Shown: piece by piece, positions 25,290-39,627 of the stretch
How positions within the stretch are numbered: position 1 is the first letter of the stretch
Layout of the letters: every line of letters begins with the position of its first letter
Assembly (NCBI GenBank): GCA_964016885.1
Contig: OZ024741.1
Location: 155,248,001 to 155,312,000, forward strand
Source of the DNA: Eledone cirrhosa
Taxonomy: Eukaryota
Length of the DNA: 64,000 nt
Reading direction: 5' to 3'
Made by a program: the position numbers and the translations under genes
Notes under the pieces: model-generated
What the model was told of the DNA's origin: nothing
The model's database searches: none
The model's input: only the letters and a program-made list of their open reading frames with translations

Positions 25290-25665
25290 AGATAATTGCT
25301 GGCCTTGTGTCAAGAGTATAAGCAATTATTAATATTCGGTTTGTTTACAAGTAAACAGCCTCATAAATCACCACGTGGTAGATGACGACGTCATCCTTTT
25401 GATCCAGCAATAGCTGAGAGAAAACAATCGACAATTGACAATTGTTTCGTTCTGCTACCCGCTGGAACTGCTGTGAATACACAATCTTAACAAGGAACAA
25501 CACACTCCGAAACAATTGTCAATTGTCGTTTGTTTTCTCTCAGCTACCGCTGGAACAAAAGCATGACGTTGTCTTCTATCTGGTGTTTTATGAAGCTGTT
25601 TACATGTAAACAAACAGAATATTAATAATTGTTTCTACTTTTGACACAAGGCCAGCTATTATCCC
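25290..25665. repeat. Imperfect inverted repeat with GAAAC-AATT-GTC in each arm
   Basis: Arms at about 25290-25448 and 25508-25665; the outer parts are SINE 3' ends. Confidence 0.75.
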
Positions 25666-26749
25666 AATAAAGGGGCGTAATTCTATGCTGCAAAGCATCG
25701 CGTGCGACTATCGATACTGCCAATTCATCGCTCTCCAAACCGAATATTAATACTGTTATGATATTATTATTATTATTCCCTGTATGATCTGAGTTCAAAT
25801 CCCGCCGAGATTAAATTTGCCTTTCATCCTTCCGGGGTCGATAGAATAAAGTACCAGTAATGCATTGGGTAATTGCTAGCCTTGTGCCAAAAGTAGAAAC
25901 AATTATTATTATTCCCTGAGTTCAAATCCCGCCGAGGTTAACTTTGCCGTTCATCCCTACGGGGTCGATAAAATAAAGTACCAGTAATGCACTGATATAA
26001 TTGCTGGCCTTGTGCCAAAAGTAGAAACAATTATTATTATTCATTCACAAATACTTTTAGGAATCCACCACGTCAAGAACCAAAACAAATGTGTGTGTGT
26101 GTACATATGTATATTATATGTATGTACGAATGTATATGTGCGTATGTGTGAGGTTATGTTTACGTTTGTGTCTCTGTTTGTATTTATGACCCGTAACATA
26201 GGGTTTATACAAAAAGAGATCGACAAAATAAGTACATGACTTGAAAATAGTCTATATAACTAATTATATTAGATCGATAATCATCTATCTATCTATCTAT
26301 CTATCTATCTATTTATCTATCTGTCTGTCTATCTATCTGTGTACCAACATATCCGTCTTTCTATCTGCTTGTTTGTCTAGTATCTATAGATGTCTATTTC
26401 TGTATATTTACCTATGTATCTATCTTCGGACAAGAACGACAATAACGACAACAGCACGAATCCAAATAGCAGTTAGAAGATAAACACATATATATATAAA
26501 TATACAGAAGCTAGTTAAAAAGGTAGAAAATTATCGAAATTTAGTGAATATATGTTTGATAATGATTAAAGAAATATAAGAAACAATCATTCTAATTGAT
26601 TTAAACGAATATAAAATATAATAGGGCGATGGCCAGAGGAATAACAGTTAGAAGGTCAAGGAAAATCTTTACATAGAATGTTGTAATCAATGGATCATTG
26701 AAGTAAATTTTATTATAAACCTCGTCATTTCTGACGGGTACTATGCTAA

Positions 26750-26845
<96 letters not shown>

Positions 26846-27546
26846 CGCACATGCGCGCGCGCACACACACACACATACATTTGTGTGTGTGTGTACATAT
26901 GCGCGGGTCTGTGTGTTTGTTTGTGAGTGTATGAGTGTGTAAATCAAAATCTGGTATTTACATAAAACTACAAGGTAAGCTATACCGCGGAAACTCTGAA
27001 GCTGCTGCTATGCTCTCATTAGAATATCTTCGAAGAGAGCGAGAGAGAAAGAGAGAGAAACAACATTACTACCCCTGTTGCTAAGCACTGCATACTTAAA
27101 CTCTTTAGCTGGCAACATCAAAAGTAGTATATATATATATATATATATTTACATGCAGACACACACATATATGCACTTGACGCATTTTGACAAACATATT
27201 GACGAATCTTTGAAGCAGACGACAAAACTCCTTCCCCCGAAAAAAATCTTGTTTAGCAGCAGATTATTTTTTTGCGTGGGTTTTTTTTTTTTATATATAC
27301 AAAATAGTTCTATATCTATGTAGATGTCGCTGTGATCAGTTCATCACTAAAAACTTTCTGAATACAGCAAGCAAAGGCAACACTAAAAACGACGACGACA
27401 ACAACAACAACAACAATAAGCACAAAGGAGAGTAGCAGGTCAAGGGAGATAACTTTTAATCTATTTTCTTTTCTTAAAACTCCATTCGGAAAATAGAAGG
27501 CTTGTTGAAAAAAAAAAAACTTTTATTGAAGAAGAATTTATTTACA

Positions 27547-27575
27547 ATGTCAGCAGCAGACTTAACTTCATTAAG
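27547..27575 (+). CDS. Predicted first coding exon of the DUSP gene (MSAADLTSL-R)
   Basis: ATG at 27547 in unique sequence, consensus donor AG|GTGAGT at 27575/27576, phase 2 matching the acceptor at 40632. Confidence 0.55.
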
Positions 27576-27808
27576 GTGAGTGTTCCTCGTGATAACCCCC
27601 CCCCCAAAAAAAACATGAACACATGCAAACGCGCGCACATACACACACATACTTACAAACACAAACACACACACGTACACATATACACAGATACGCACGC
27701 AAATATATTCTCTCTCTCTCTCTAATATATAAATATATATATATATATATATCTATATATATATATATATATTTATTTATATGTGTGTGTGTGTGTGTGT
27801 ATGTATGA

Positions 27809-27872
<64 letters not shown>

Positions 27873-28117
27873 GTGTGTGTGTGTATATATATGTGTGTGT
27901 GTGTATATATGTGTGTGTGTGTGTATATATGTGTGTGTGTGTGTATATATATGTGTGTGTATGTATATATATATATATATATATATATACAAATACAAGT
28001 TGTCCCCCAAAAAATTTATACACACTTCAACAGCATTCTAATAAAATATGTGTTTACATTTGTTGGGGACACACACATACACACACATATATATAAATTC
28101 ACACACACATTCACATT

Positions 28118-28160
<43 letters not shown>

Positions 28161-28553
28161 CACATCATTAGTGTTGTATTCTGGAGTCACTGAGTGTTTC
28201 AGGTCTTACAACATACACCGTCATCCAGATGAAGCTATCGAAGTTGATCATATCTCAGTGTCCAAGAGGCATACATATTACTGACACCTCCGGTCACATC
28301 TCTTCAGCCATATCCAGGGCTATATTAAATCCTTTTGAAGTCCTAGGCACTTAAAAGATTATTGTGCACTCAATATAAAATGTTTATGATTTTTAAAAAA
28401 TGACAAATACATTTAATTTGATTTAAATGGCACCTTTCTTTTCTCGATACCTTAAACGTGTACTTATTTTACTTAAATGGACATAACCATCTGGAAGCCT
28501 TCTCTGCTACCCCCCCCCCCCATATATATATATATACATATATATACATACAG

Positions 28554-28619
<66 letters not shown>

Positions 28620-28622
<3 letters not shown>

Positions 28623-28808
28623 GAAGGAAATGTGGTAAGGAACCAGGTGGACCATAACGCACCAAAGTACTCAATACTTAGGGTAGTAGAGTGGGTAATA
28701 GGAGTAAGTAAGACCCCGACGGCTGAGCTCAAGCCGTTTCGACGGCTAATTCAGTCCAGAACTAGGCGTCGAAACGACTTGAGCTCAGCCGTCGGGGTCC
28801 TACTCGTT

Positions 28809-28813
<5 letters not shown>
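28620..28813 (-). mobile_element. Fold-back element family A copy
   Basis: Palindrome 28698-28813, axis at about 28755; flanked by (TA)n. Confidence 0.8.
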
Positions 28814-28848
<35 letters not shown>

Positions 28849-28984
28849 TAGAAGGGGTATTTAATTTGTAGGAAGTCCGACAAATATAAATGTTTACAAC
28901 TGATTTAGAGCACCCAACAGGTTCCTGGAGTAAATATTCAATGATATTAAATAAATGGAAACTATATTTATAAAACCATATTTA

Positions 28985-29043
28985 TTTTGTTATATATATT
29001 TCAAGGGTACCAAAACACATTGGTACGCTTTCCTCAGATAAAA
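28985..29043 (-). ncRNA. Minimal type I hammerhead inside an inverted repeat (28950-29012 and 29133-29200)
   Basis: Minus strand: ttttat-CTGAGGA-aagcgtacca-atgtgttt-tggtaccctt-GAAA-tATATa-TA-acaaaa. Confidence 0.75.
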
Positions 29044-29199
29044 TACAAAGTTTGTTTTATAAATAGAGACATACCCATGAAAATCATACCTTATCGGTTG
29101 GATATTCTGTGGATAGTCTATTTACTAAAATATTGGTACCCTTGAAATATATATAATAAAATAAAAAATATAGTTTTAAAAAGATATTTTCCATTTATT

Positions 29200-29294
<95 letters not shown>

Positions 29295-29298
29295 TGTA

Positions 29299-29363
<65 letters not shown>

Positions 29364-30439
29364 CTGTGTTGTTTGTTATGTCTCCTGATATTATCTAATT
29401 TCTGTGAACGGTGGTTCCAGTCGGACTATTGTTAACAGATCGGAATTACAGAAACCAAGTTCTTGGTCCGTGATTTTGATATATTAATATTATAGCCATA
29501 TGAAGTCGTGATTAACGTATGTGCACACTCTGAGTAATGGCTTTCTATTTTTAATAATACAAACCTAATTATATCATTGAGTGAGAGACCGAGGCTGTGT
29601 CGATTCTCTTCGACAGGCTTCGTATACCTGTATATATATATATATATATATATATACCACAGATTTTTGGTAACGAACGCACATGGTAACGAATGATTGG
29701 CCGCAAATTTAAAAAGGAATAAAATTATCTTAATGAACGATTTTTATTTAAAAATAATGAATAATAAGTTAAGGTAATGAGACAACTGTACAGTAGTGCT
29801 CTCCCCTTCTAGCTTTATTTCATCTTATTTAATAATTGTTTCTACTTTTGGCACAAGGCCAGCAATTATTCAGTGTAATACTGGTACTTTATTTTATCGA
29901 CCCCGTAAGGATGAAAGGCAAAGTTAACCTCGGCGGGATTTGAACTTAATAATGTATATTTATATATTTATAAATAAAATTTTTCAGAAATGTGTTTCCC
30001 ATGATGTTCTGTACGATTATGTTGAGTAATATTTTCTATATTGTATTATTCCATTCGTTAATGCTACCATTATCAGAATACTTTCGATTTGAGGTTGCTG
30101 TGGGTTAAACTTTCTTTCATCAAAGCCTTCCAATTTTATGTTGCTAATAAATAATTAAAATCAAAACAATGTCACAGATTTTTTACAAGAACGTAATGTT
30201 ATTTCTATAACTATTAACTGTAAAAAAAAAAGCAAAACAAAACAGAAAACAAATTTTCATCAACATAGCCGAAAATGTGTCTCTGTAAAGTATAATAAAA
30301 ATATATCCATTGTTATTAAGAAAGTTATGAGGAAATAACGTTGGGTGCGGCTGGAAGAAGCGGAGGACAGAAAAGTGTTTCATTGGTTATTAAATGGATT
30401 CTTTGTATGTAGGCTTTCAGTGTTGATTTAGGGGAGGGG

Positions 30440-30690
30440 GTAAATTGTCCCTAAATACTTACATTTTAATTGTGGGGTAACGAACTGAGCCTAAACGCAT
30501 ATTTTAGTTGATGTGGCAATGAATTGTCTCTCATTACATATATGTTACTGAATTGTCCCTAAAGGCATATATTTTAGTTAATGTTGTAACGAACTGTCCC
30601 TAAAACATATATTTTCATTGATGTGACAACGTACTGTCCTTAAACTCATATATTTTAGTTGACACGATAAAGAATTGTCTCTAAATAATC
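30440..30690. repeat. About 40-55-bp degenerate tandem repeat
   Basis: Recurring (A)ACTGTCCCTAAA...ATATTTTAGTTGATG. Confidence 0.65.
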
Positions 30691-31432
30691 CCACAACTAC
30701 GCCTATATGTAAAACAATTGCTAAGTTAAAGTAATTAAGGTATCAATGAATGTAATATATTACTGGTATAGTGAGTTGAACTAAAGGACATAGTGAATGT
30801 ATTGTTATATGGTGTAGTTTATCGACAAGGACTGGCGGTATGAAGAGCACAGACTATAGAGATCGCATGTATCTCACATTAAGGTAAAAACTGTCAATGG
30901 AAACAAACAGATGATGATTTCTCCTGGTAAATAGATAAGTATCGTTCATTTCAGTCAGTGTGTGACACTTATCAAAGTGATGACATTTAGTAAAGATACC
31001 TGTTATGATATTTAGATAGTCTGCGGATTTATTAAGGTTGTTGAGTACGAGACACTTTTCAGTTCTGCATTACCCACGACCTTTTTTGTATCAGTTCTTC
31101 CATTTGATATCGTATGATTTTTTCAAATATCAAAAGCAATCAGAGAGTTTAGTTGCATTTCTATTTTCCATAAATTTGAAGGAAGAAATATGTTTGATGT
31201 GTCATCGATTAAACTTACTTTCCGTCATACTTACACAGTATTTCCCTCTAAATTTAAGTTTAGTTTCATGATTTCGGCCTCATATATAAGCACTTCAACG
31301 GTGCGTCAAAAATTGAGGGGGCTTGAATTTATATTTCTACATGTGTAGATAGCTTCGGTTAGCTTAGTTATTAAGCAAACCAATTAAATTCGAACGGAAG
31401 TTTGTTTGCTATTGGGGAGCTAGGGTCAATTA

Positions 31433-33169
31433 CAGGTCAACAATTGTTGAAAAGGTGTATGCTTCTTAAATAAGATTATTTAATTCTTATGTATTTTCAA
31501 GTCCTGAATCCAAATATCACCCTAATAAATTCTTATTAGCTACAGGTTTAAAGATACACGGCATGTAATATTTGATTATTTTATTATAACGTACAATATG
31601 TGTAATTATGTTTTAAGCTCTAGTCCGTATCTACTCTCTGCCTTTTTACTTGACACTTATAGTGGGCTGAAAAATCATCTCTTGCCCATGTCTAGCAATA
31701 GTCTGCAAGCATTGTTGTGCTCCATTTGCCCTGGTACTGCTTTTCCATGGTTGAAATATCTTAGTGAAACCTATCACTATGTTTGTCACTAACTGCCCCA
31801 CAGTTTGCTGGAAAAAAGTCTAAATATGAGTCCAAAAATTAGATTTTAAGTGACATGTTACATCCCATGTTCTTGTAAGCCTTGAGGAAGTTTTCCACCA
31901 ATTCTTCATAGTTTCCTTCCCTTGTTTCCGAGAAATTCCTTCGCTACTAACTTGAATGCTTCCCAAGCAGCTTTCTCCTCACCACGAAAGGCTGATTTAG
32001 AGTCACCATCTTTAAGAAGCTCTCAAATCTGAGAACCAATGAAGATTACATCTTTTATCTTAGCATAGTTCAGTGAGGGGAATTTTGATGTTAAAAAATT
32101 GAATCCTTGACCGGATTTGTCCATAGCTTTTATAAAGCTTTTCATGAGCCCCAGTTTTATGTGTTGCGGAGGTACAACATTTTGTTTGGTTCAGTGAGAG
32201 GTGGATGTTGAAAATTTTTCATCCCAGGCTCCAATGATTGATGAGGTGGTCTGTCTCTCCTAATATAGTGGGAACCTCTTGCACGGCTGTCCCGTTCACA
32301 CAGAAAGCAGCAGCATTTGGTGTATCCTCTCTGCAAGTCCACCACAAGGGCAACAACCTTTAAGTCACCACAGAGCTGCCATCGATGTTCATATTTTATG
32401 CATTGCAACATATGCTTTATATCTCATAAGTTTCTTTCTTATGTGATGCATAGCCCACAGAAACTGATGGTTCACTATTGCTATTATATAGCAAGACACC
32501 TTTCAGACTAGTTTTTGATGAATCTATGAACAGCCTCCAGTGACTGGGTTCGTATTCAATATTAAGTGCTTCCATCAGACCATTAATATTGTTGCAGGCC
32601 AATAAATGACCTTCCATTATGAAGAAATTGCCGAACTGCAGCTGACGGTCACAACATTTTTTAAATCTTCAAATAGTTGCTAGGAGATTCCACTGTCGAA
32701 GACGAGAGCCTAGCAGCTCTGCCTTATTCTTAGGTAGTTGTAGATTCCTAGCAAGGTCATGGAGTTCCCCTTGTGTTATGAGATGTGGGTTTCATCAAAA
32801 TTATATCATTCAGTAGGAAAATAAACTTAATATAAAATGCCTCACATGCATATCAATAGCTTGCTCAATGAATATTTATTATAAGTTTAAAAAGTGTTTG
32901 ACTAGGAAAATCATTTAACATTCACTTCAATATATAAACTTGCACAGAATAACCATCTCCTATGACTGCTAGAACAATACTGAAGGGCAGTGAGGTTGTG
33001 AGTGTAGTAAGAAACACACAAGCCTGTTGGAGCCTGCTGTGACCCATATGTGTATGTTGAAAAGTAGAGCTAACAAACAGTTTTTACCATGATATTCATT
33101 ATCAGTGACCTATAATTAGTTGGAAATTGCTACTCTAAGTCTCAGAAGCATTTTGGTTGTTGACCAGTG
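31433..33169 (-). mobile_element. Chapaev3-like (CMC superfamily) DNA transposon remnant
   Basis: Ends TTA-CA(CT)GGTCAAC and GTTGACCAGTG-TTA. Fragments WRLFIDSSKTSLKGVLL and WQLCGDLKVVAL..GYTKCCCFLC. Confidence 0.75.
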
Positions 33170-33739
33170 TTATCAAAATTATTGCATAAATTGCAACATT
33201 TTTCTAACATAAATATGATCTACATCTTTCGAGGATCGTCCTTTTGAATCGGAGTATTCGACAGACACCACAGACACTTATCGTAGATCTCAGGGAAATT
33301 CAGTGCGACACAGTGGGAGACGAGACTGACACTTTCTTTACAAGTACAAGTTCGTATTTTCCACTAGACTGGATTAACGTGTCATAAAATGTTCGGGAAT
33401 CGAGCTCACGACCTTATGCTCATGAGTTGACATACGTAACCACCTAGCCTCACACCATCACAGTCTAGTACCAGCAAGCAGTGTTAGGTGTACTACTTCC
33501 CGTTTTTTGTTTTTACGGCAAAAATAATTATTGCGAAAAATGTATAATAACACACACCTCAAAATATTTGTAATTCGATAGAAAATATATATTCCATTCC
33601 ACCTGTAAGTGGTTTACCATAACGCACATGAACCCTTAGAGCACTTTTAGAGGCTCGTGTCGCGTACACTTTTAACATCATATCAACTAACTTCTCTACT
33701 TTCTACTTTCTATTTCAGCGCGCCGCGCCTACTATGAAC

Positions 33740-33818
<79 letters not shown>

Positions 33819-34206
33819 GTGTGTGTGTGTGCGTGTGTCCCCGCGTGTGTGCGCGTGTGTGTATGTGTGTGTGTGTGTGGCTGTGTACTTGTGTGAGTGG
33901 CTTAATAGATATGATGTTGAGCTTACGATCGTAGAGTCATGAATTTGATCCCAGACCAGGAAGTGCGTTTTGTTCTTGAATAAGACACTTTATTTCACGC
34001 TGCTCTAGTCCACTCACCTGAATAAATTGAGTTGTACCTTTAATTCAAAGAGCCAACTACTTCACTCAATGTGTCATGTGGAATACCCCTGAGAATAAAA
34101 TTAAGCGTACACGTGTCTGTGAAGTGCTCAGCCACTTACATTATAATACAAGAGTACCTGCTGTAAACCAATGCTCAGTCACGGCCGAAGTGGTTCTTTC
34201 TATGCA

Positions 34207-34274
<68 letters not shown>

Positions 34275-36209
34275 CATATTAGTATTGGTGCTCTGAAATA
34301 GCGATGTATGTATGTATGTATGTATGTATGTATGTATGTATGTATGTATGTATGTATGTATGTATGTATGTATGTATGTATGTATCCATGTATGTATGTA
34401 TGTATGTATGTATGTATGTATGTATGTATGTATGTATGTATGTATGTATGTATGTATGTATGGTCTGCAAAGTAAGCTCATACTTAAACTATAAAACTAT
34501 AAATAAATTATATAACATACGATGTATATAAGGTCAATGCAGTTAAACGTCCACGATATACTAAGAAACGGTTCGCAGTATCGGAAAAAGGATGAAGGAG
34601 GACTGATGAGAACTCAAAGTCAAGAAAAACTCGTCAGTGTTTACCACTGTGCTAAACTAGAACTTGGTGTCTCACCAGTAAACATTGCGATAAAAATGTA
34701 TCTACACACCGAACAGGTGCAATGTTCAGACATATTTAAAACGCCACGCATATAACAGAAAGTAAATCCACCCTCAATAGAAGGCATGAATGGAATAAAA
34801 GCAACCTCACAACTTAGAGACTAATGAAAATATAAGTACACATAAGAATATATCTAAATGGGTAGAGAAATAGACATCAAGTCATCCTCAAAAGAATACA
34901 GGAATTGACCAAAAAACTATCTAGTCATGGGTGACAGAGAGAGAATGAAATATACCACAAGCGCACAAGCTTGGTGGAAGAAACAAAATATAAAGACACT
35001 CATACATGCACATATACACACATATATATGCATGCAACATGCCAAACATAGAAACCTGTGGAAGTAGAAGCAGACAAAGACACACTAACACAAAACACAC
35101 ACGCGAAAACGACCATATACACACCACAAAAAAGAAAAGAAAAAGACAAAACCCAAACAAGCAAAATGGTGTACATAGAACAATATAAGAAAATAGAGGA
35201 GACACAGAGGGGCAAGAATAGTCGTTTAGTGGGTTACAGAATGTGAGATGAAAGAGTTTTGGTAATTAGTTATGACAATTAAACAACCACCCGGTTACTA
35301 AACTTACCGAGGAACGGATTAGTTACCTAATTATAATTGTTTCTACTTTTGGCACAAGGCCAGCAATTATCCCAGTGTATTACTGGTACTTTATTTTATC
35401 GACCCCGTAAGGATGAAAGGCAAAGTTAACCTCGGCGGGATTTGAACTCAGAATGGCAAGGGCCGTAACTCAATGCGTCAAAGCACGGCGTCCAACCCTC
35501 TACCGATACTGCCAATTCACCTAATAATAATAAAACTGAAGTGAAACTCAACTGGGGCTTGTGTTTTTATTGGCAACAGGACCATCCCAGACTATAACAT
35601 TATCTGAGAGAGAGAGAGAGAGTGAGTGAGAGAGAGAGTGAGAGAGAGAGACTGAGAGGAGGAGATGAGAGTGAGGGAGGGAAAGCGATACATTGCAATA
35701 TATGGAGTGTCTACATAGCAAGAACTAGGAAACCACAAATCAAAGAAGTATTAGATGCTTGATGAGATAGAATCTTATCAGTGAGCCCGCCTGTCTCATC
35801 TTGATTTCCTCATACAGTTTCAAGGGAATGCTTTATATAGTACAATGTACTACGTAAATAAACAGTGTAACACACACACACACACCTACACACACGCACG
35901 TGCGCACACACACACACACACACTCTCTCTCACACGCACACTCTCTCTCTCTCAATCACACACACACTCACATACACACACATATACATATATTCTGAAA
36001 AAGCCGTTAAAATGAGTTCACTATTTTTCAACGCATCACCATCCTATTGTTATAAAAATATCCTAAAATTATGCGAGAAAGATTCTGAAAAAACTTGTGG
36101 TTGATAGGGTTATCAATCCTCGTGTGCCTGCTTGTCTTTGGATTCTGGCTGTTGGTACTTAGAGAGCAGTATGTGTGTAGCACAAGCATATTCTGCTTCA
36201 TCACTAAGA

Positions 36210-36302
<93 letters not shown>

Positions 36303-36558
36303 TAAAACATGTCTATAGAATCACAAGATAAAATATATACTATTTCCTCTCCCAATTAGCATAATTAACTATATAAAAAATCGAATAGACCAGGCTATAC
36401 GAATGAGGCTTCTATGAAGGAATCTCCAACAAATAACCAAAACTAGCGCTTCGCGTCGGCCGTAGTGGAATATTTATCGAATATTTCGACAGCGTAATCG
36501 CCTCGATACAGTCAACTAAGCAGAATTAGGTTTAAAATAAACTATATATATATCACTA

Positions 36559-36631
<73 letters not shown>

Positions 36632-36664
36632 TAAGATATATATATATATATATATCTTAGTGAT

Positions 36665-38220
36665 GAAGGTCATCTACCAAAGAAGGATGTTGGCTATACG
36701 TTCTTCTGGAAAGGGAAACCAATAGGGAGAAAAGGAGTGAGGGAATAGGTTTCATTGTCCGGACAGAGGTCACTAAACGGTTGGAGCAACCACAAAGCTT
36801 TGGTGATCAAACTATGCTTCAGAGGGTTCCTCTATCAAGAGGATGTTTCATGACTGAACTGTCATTTCAGTATATGTCATTACCTTGGATAGTAGCCAGA
36901 AATCAATCATGGCTTTCACTAAGATGGTATATGATTCAACCAATGATGAGATATGGTCTAATATCAAAGAGAAAAACATAGAGAAAACTCTGGGTTTAAA
37001 TAGAATACCAGTTGTGTTGATTTACTTCGGAGGAGACAATGCTGTTGGGCTAGTTTTATCTGTGTGGCATGTCTGTCCTGCAAGACTATATAGATGCACT
37101 TATGTTTTACATTTACAAGGGCAAGAGCTCCAAGTTTGAATGTGATGATTATCGTGGTATAAGTCTGTTCGAATCGGTAGGAAACGTTTTATCCAAGGTT
37201 TTGTTGAATCGTCTAACGAAACGGATCTACCCTGGTGCCATCCCTGAGATCCAGTGGGGATTCAGAGCTGGGCGGGGTACTATGGACATGATTTTCGCAG
37301 TCCACCATCAAATGGAAATGTTTGTTGATAAACGAGTGCCACTGTACCAATTATTCGTGGACCTTACTAAGGGCTTTAATATTATAAATAGTAGTACTTT
37401 GCGGGTAATATTGAGGTACTTAGATGCCCTCCTGAATTTGTTGAGATATTCAAAAAGATTTATCACAACATGAAGGTAAAAGTGAACTTCAATGGGACAT
37501 TTTCAGAAACAATTTCGGTAGAAAACTGTGTCAAACAAGTTGACATACCAGTAGCCACTTTGTTTTCCATCTACTCTGCGGTGCTACTAACATATGCCTT
37601 TCAAGACCGGTGTTTACATGCGATTAAAAACCTTTGGCGAAGTCGTTAATATAAAACGTTTCAACGCGCAGTCAACATTAAGCCAACACATTTGACACTC
37701 TTGTGAGAGAGTTCCTTTATGCTGATGAGGCAGATCTTGTGACTTACTCCGTAGAAGACATGCAGATGATAGTGGCCATCTTCTCTAATGCGTACTCTGC
37801 ATTTGGACTCAAAATTAGCATAAAGAAAACAAAGATCATGTAGACTCCACCAGTTGCGGAAGCATATATGGAGTCAGATATTTCCGTGGGAGGAAAAAGA
37901 CTTGATGAGGTGGGCAGCTTGGATTATCTCGGAAGTGCTCTCAGAAGAGATGATACCACAATATTGCGAAAGCTAATGTTGGTTTTGGAAAACACGCAAA
38001 GCGAATCTGATCAAATTGAGGTATCAAAAGAAACACAAAACTCTGTGTATGAGGCCTGCGTTGGTATAGCCCTGATATACAGATGCGAAATGTGGAAGAC
38101 TTACAGGCATTATATAGAACAGTTGGAAAGGTTTAATCAGCACTGTATCCGGTGTATCCTGAACACAAGTGTTTCTCTTACACATGATATTACTGTACTT
38201 GAGAATGTGGGCAGCGTTGG
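36665..38220 (+). mobile_element. RTE-clade LINE remnant (related to 11560-12975)
   Basis: GYTFFWKG, CDDYRGISL, QWGFRAGRGTMDMIF, FVDLTKGF and FLYADE motifs. Confidence 0.88.
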
Positions 38221-38333
38221 GCTGGTCATGAATTTTGGCAGCTTTTCTTAATAAAAACAAGCAAATTTCATTCAAATTTTCAAACCTGTTATAATCTAAT
38301 TGTTAACTTATCGATATTTATACACACAACTAC

Positions 38334-38394
<61 letters not shown>

Positions 38395-38397
<3 letters not shown>

Positions 38398-38435
38398 AAG
38401 CCGCTTAGGTTTGGATGAAACAATTGTAAGTGAAT
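38395..38435 (+). ncRNA. 5'-truncated hammerhead (stem II, GAAAC-AATT-GTA)
   Basis: ccaagcc-gctta-ggtttgg-at-GAAAC-AATT-GTA; (TA)n lies where CUGANGA would be. Confidence 0.45.
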
Positions 38436-38466
38436 AAATGCTTTGAACATAGCTTTGATTCTTGTG

Positions 38467-38507
<41 letters not shown>

Positions 38508-38650
38508 GGAGGTGAGTTTTATTGTAGTACAATAAAGCAATGCAGATATCGGATAAGTAGCACTCTACAGTTTGTAGGATTGGAGTATAAATAATATAAG
38601 ATCAAAAGATGGTTAAAATACATGGAACTCTTTTAACCATCTGTTGATCT

Positions 38651-38753
<103 letters not shown>

Positions 38754-38813
38754 TGCCAAGACTGGAATTGAACCATCAGCACAGTTGAGGTATGTCATAC
38801 ATCAATTTATGTA

Positions 38814-38875
38814 TTTTATCTGATGAGGACGTACTGAAAAAACAGCACAGTACCTCCGAAATATATATAATAAAA
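38814..38875 (+). ncRNA. Minimal type I hammerhead ribozyme (intact core)
   Basis: ttttat-CTGATGA-ggacgtactg-(loop)-cagtacctcc-GAAA-tATATa-TA-ataaaa. Confidence 0.85.
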
Positions 38876-38944
38876 CATATATTTTGATTATGTGAATGTA
38901 TCCATTTATTAATAATTTGAATAATATATATATATATATATAAA

Positions 38945-39125
38945 TAACGAAGGAGTTGTGGTAAGGAACCAGATGGACCATAACGAACCAGAGTAGGGTA
39001 GTAGAGTGGGTAATAAGAAAATGTATGACCCCGACGGCAGAGCTCAAGCCGTTTCGATGGCTTTCATCGGCTATTTCTGTCCAGAAATAGCCGTCGAAAG
39101 GGCTTGAGCTTTGTCGTCGGGGTGT
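38945..39125 (-). mobile_element. Fold-back element family A copy (diverged)
   Basis: Axis at about 39080 (ggctatttctg-tc-cagaaatagcc). Confidence 0.7.
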
Positions 39126-39164
39126 GTATACGGGTGTGTATGATTGTGTATAGAAGATTATATT

Positions 39165-39540
39165 AATAAAAGGAATTCCAACTTTGTCTGATTTACTCGT
39201 TTTATTTACAATCCTTTAAAATTATAATGGTATTAGAATGAAATAGTATGGTACAATATTAAATGTTAAGTGTTAATTGAACAAGTACTTTCATGCTTTC
39301 GCAATCTTCAGGTTCATATTCTGTGGTGACAGTCAAGTTTGCAATTTTCACAGTTGAAAATTGCAAACTTGACTGTCACCACAGAATATGAACCTGAAGA
39401 TTGCGAAAGCATGAAAGTACTTGTTCAATTAACACTTAACATTTAATATTGTACCATACTATTTCATTCTAATACCATTATAATTTTAAAGGATTGTAAA
39501 TAAAACGAGTAAATCAGACAAAGTTGGAATTCCTTTTATT
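39165..39540. repeat. 376-bp apparently perfect palindrome with a hammerhead on each strand
   Basis: 186-bp arms, loop CAGT (39351-39354). Confidence 0.95.
39389..39427 (+). ncRNA. Ultra-minimal hammerhead (mirror copy on minus strand at 39278-39316)
   Basis: tgaac-CTGAAGA-t-tgc-gaaa-gca-t-GAAA-GTAC-TT-gttca. Confidence 0.75.
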
Positions 39541-39576
39541 TATATATATATATATATATATATTTAATATAGAAAT

Positions 39577-39627
39577 GGCTCCTACAGGACTAGAACTGTT
39601 TCATTCGGGAGAAATCATCAGGGCTTC
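39577..39627 (-). ncRNA. Hammerhead ribozyme, family C
   Basis: Minus strand: CTGATGA-tttc-tccc-gaat-GAAA-cag-ttctagtc-ctg-TA-ggagcc. Confidence 0.7.

Noticed and set aside
26960-26985. AAG|GTAAGC donor as a further upstream DUSP exon
   Set aside because: No matching acceptor or reading frame could be established from sequence alone.
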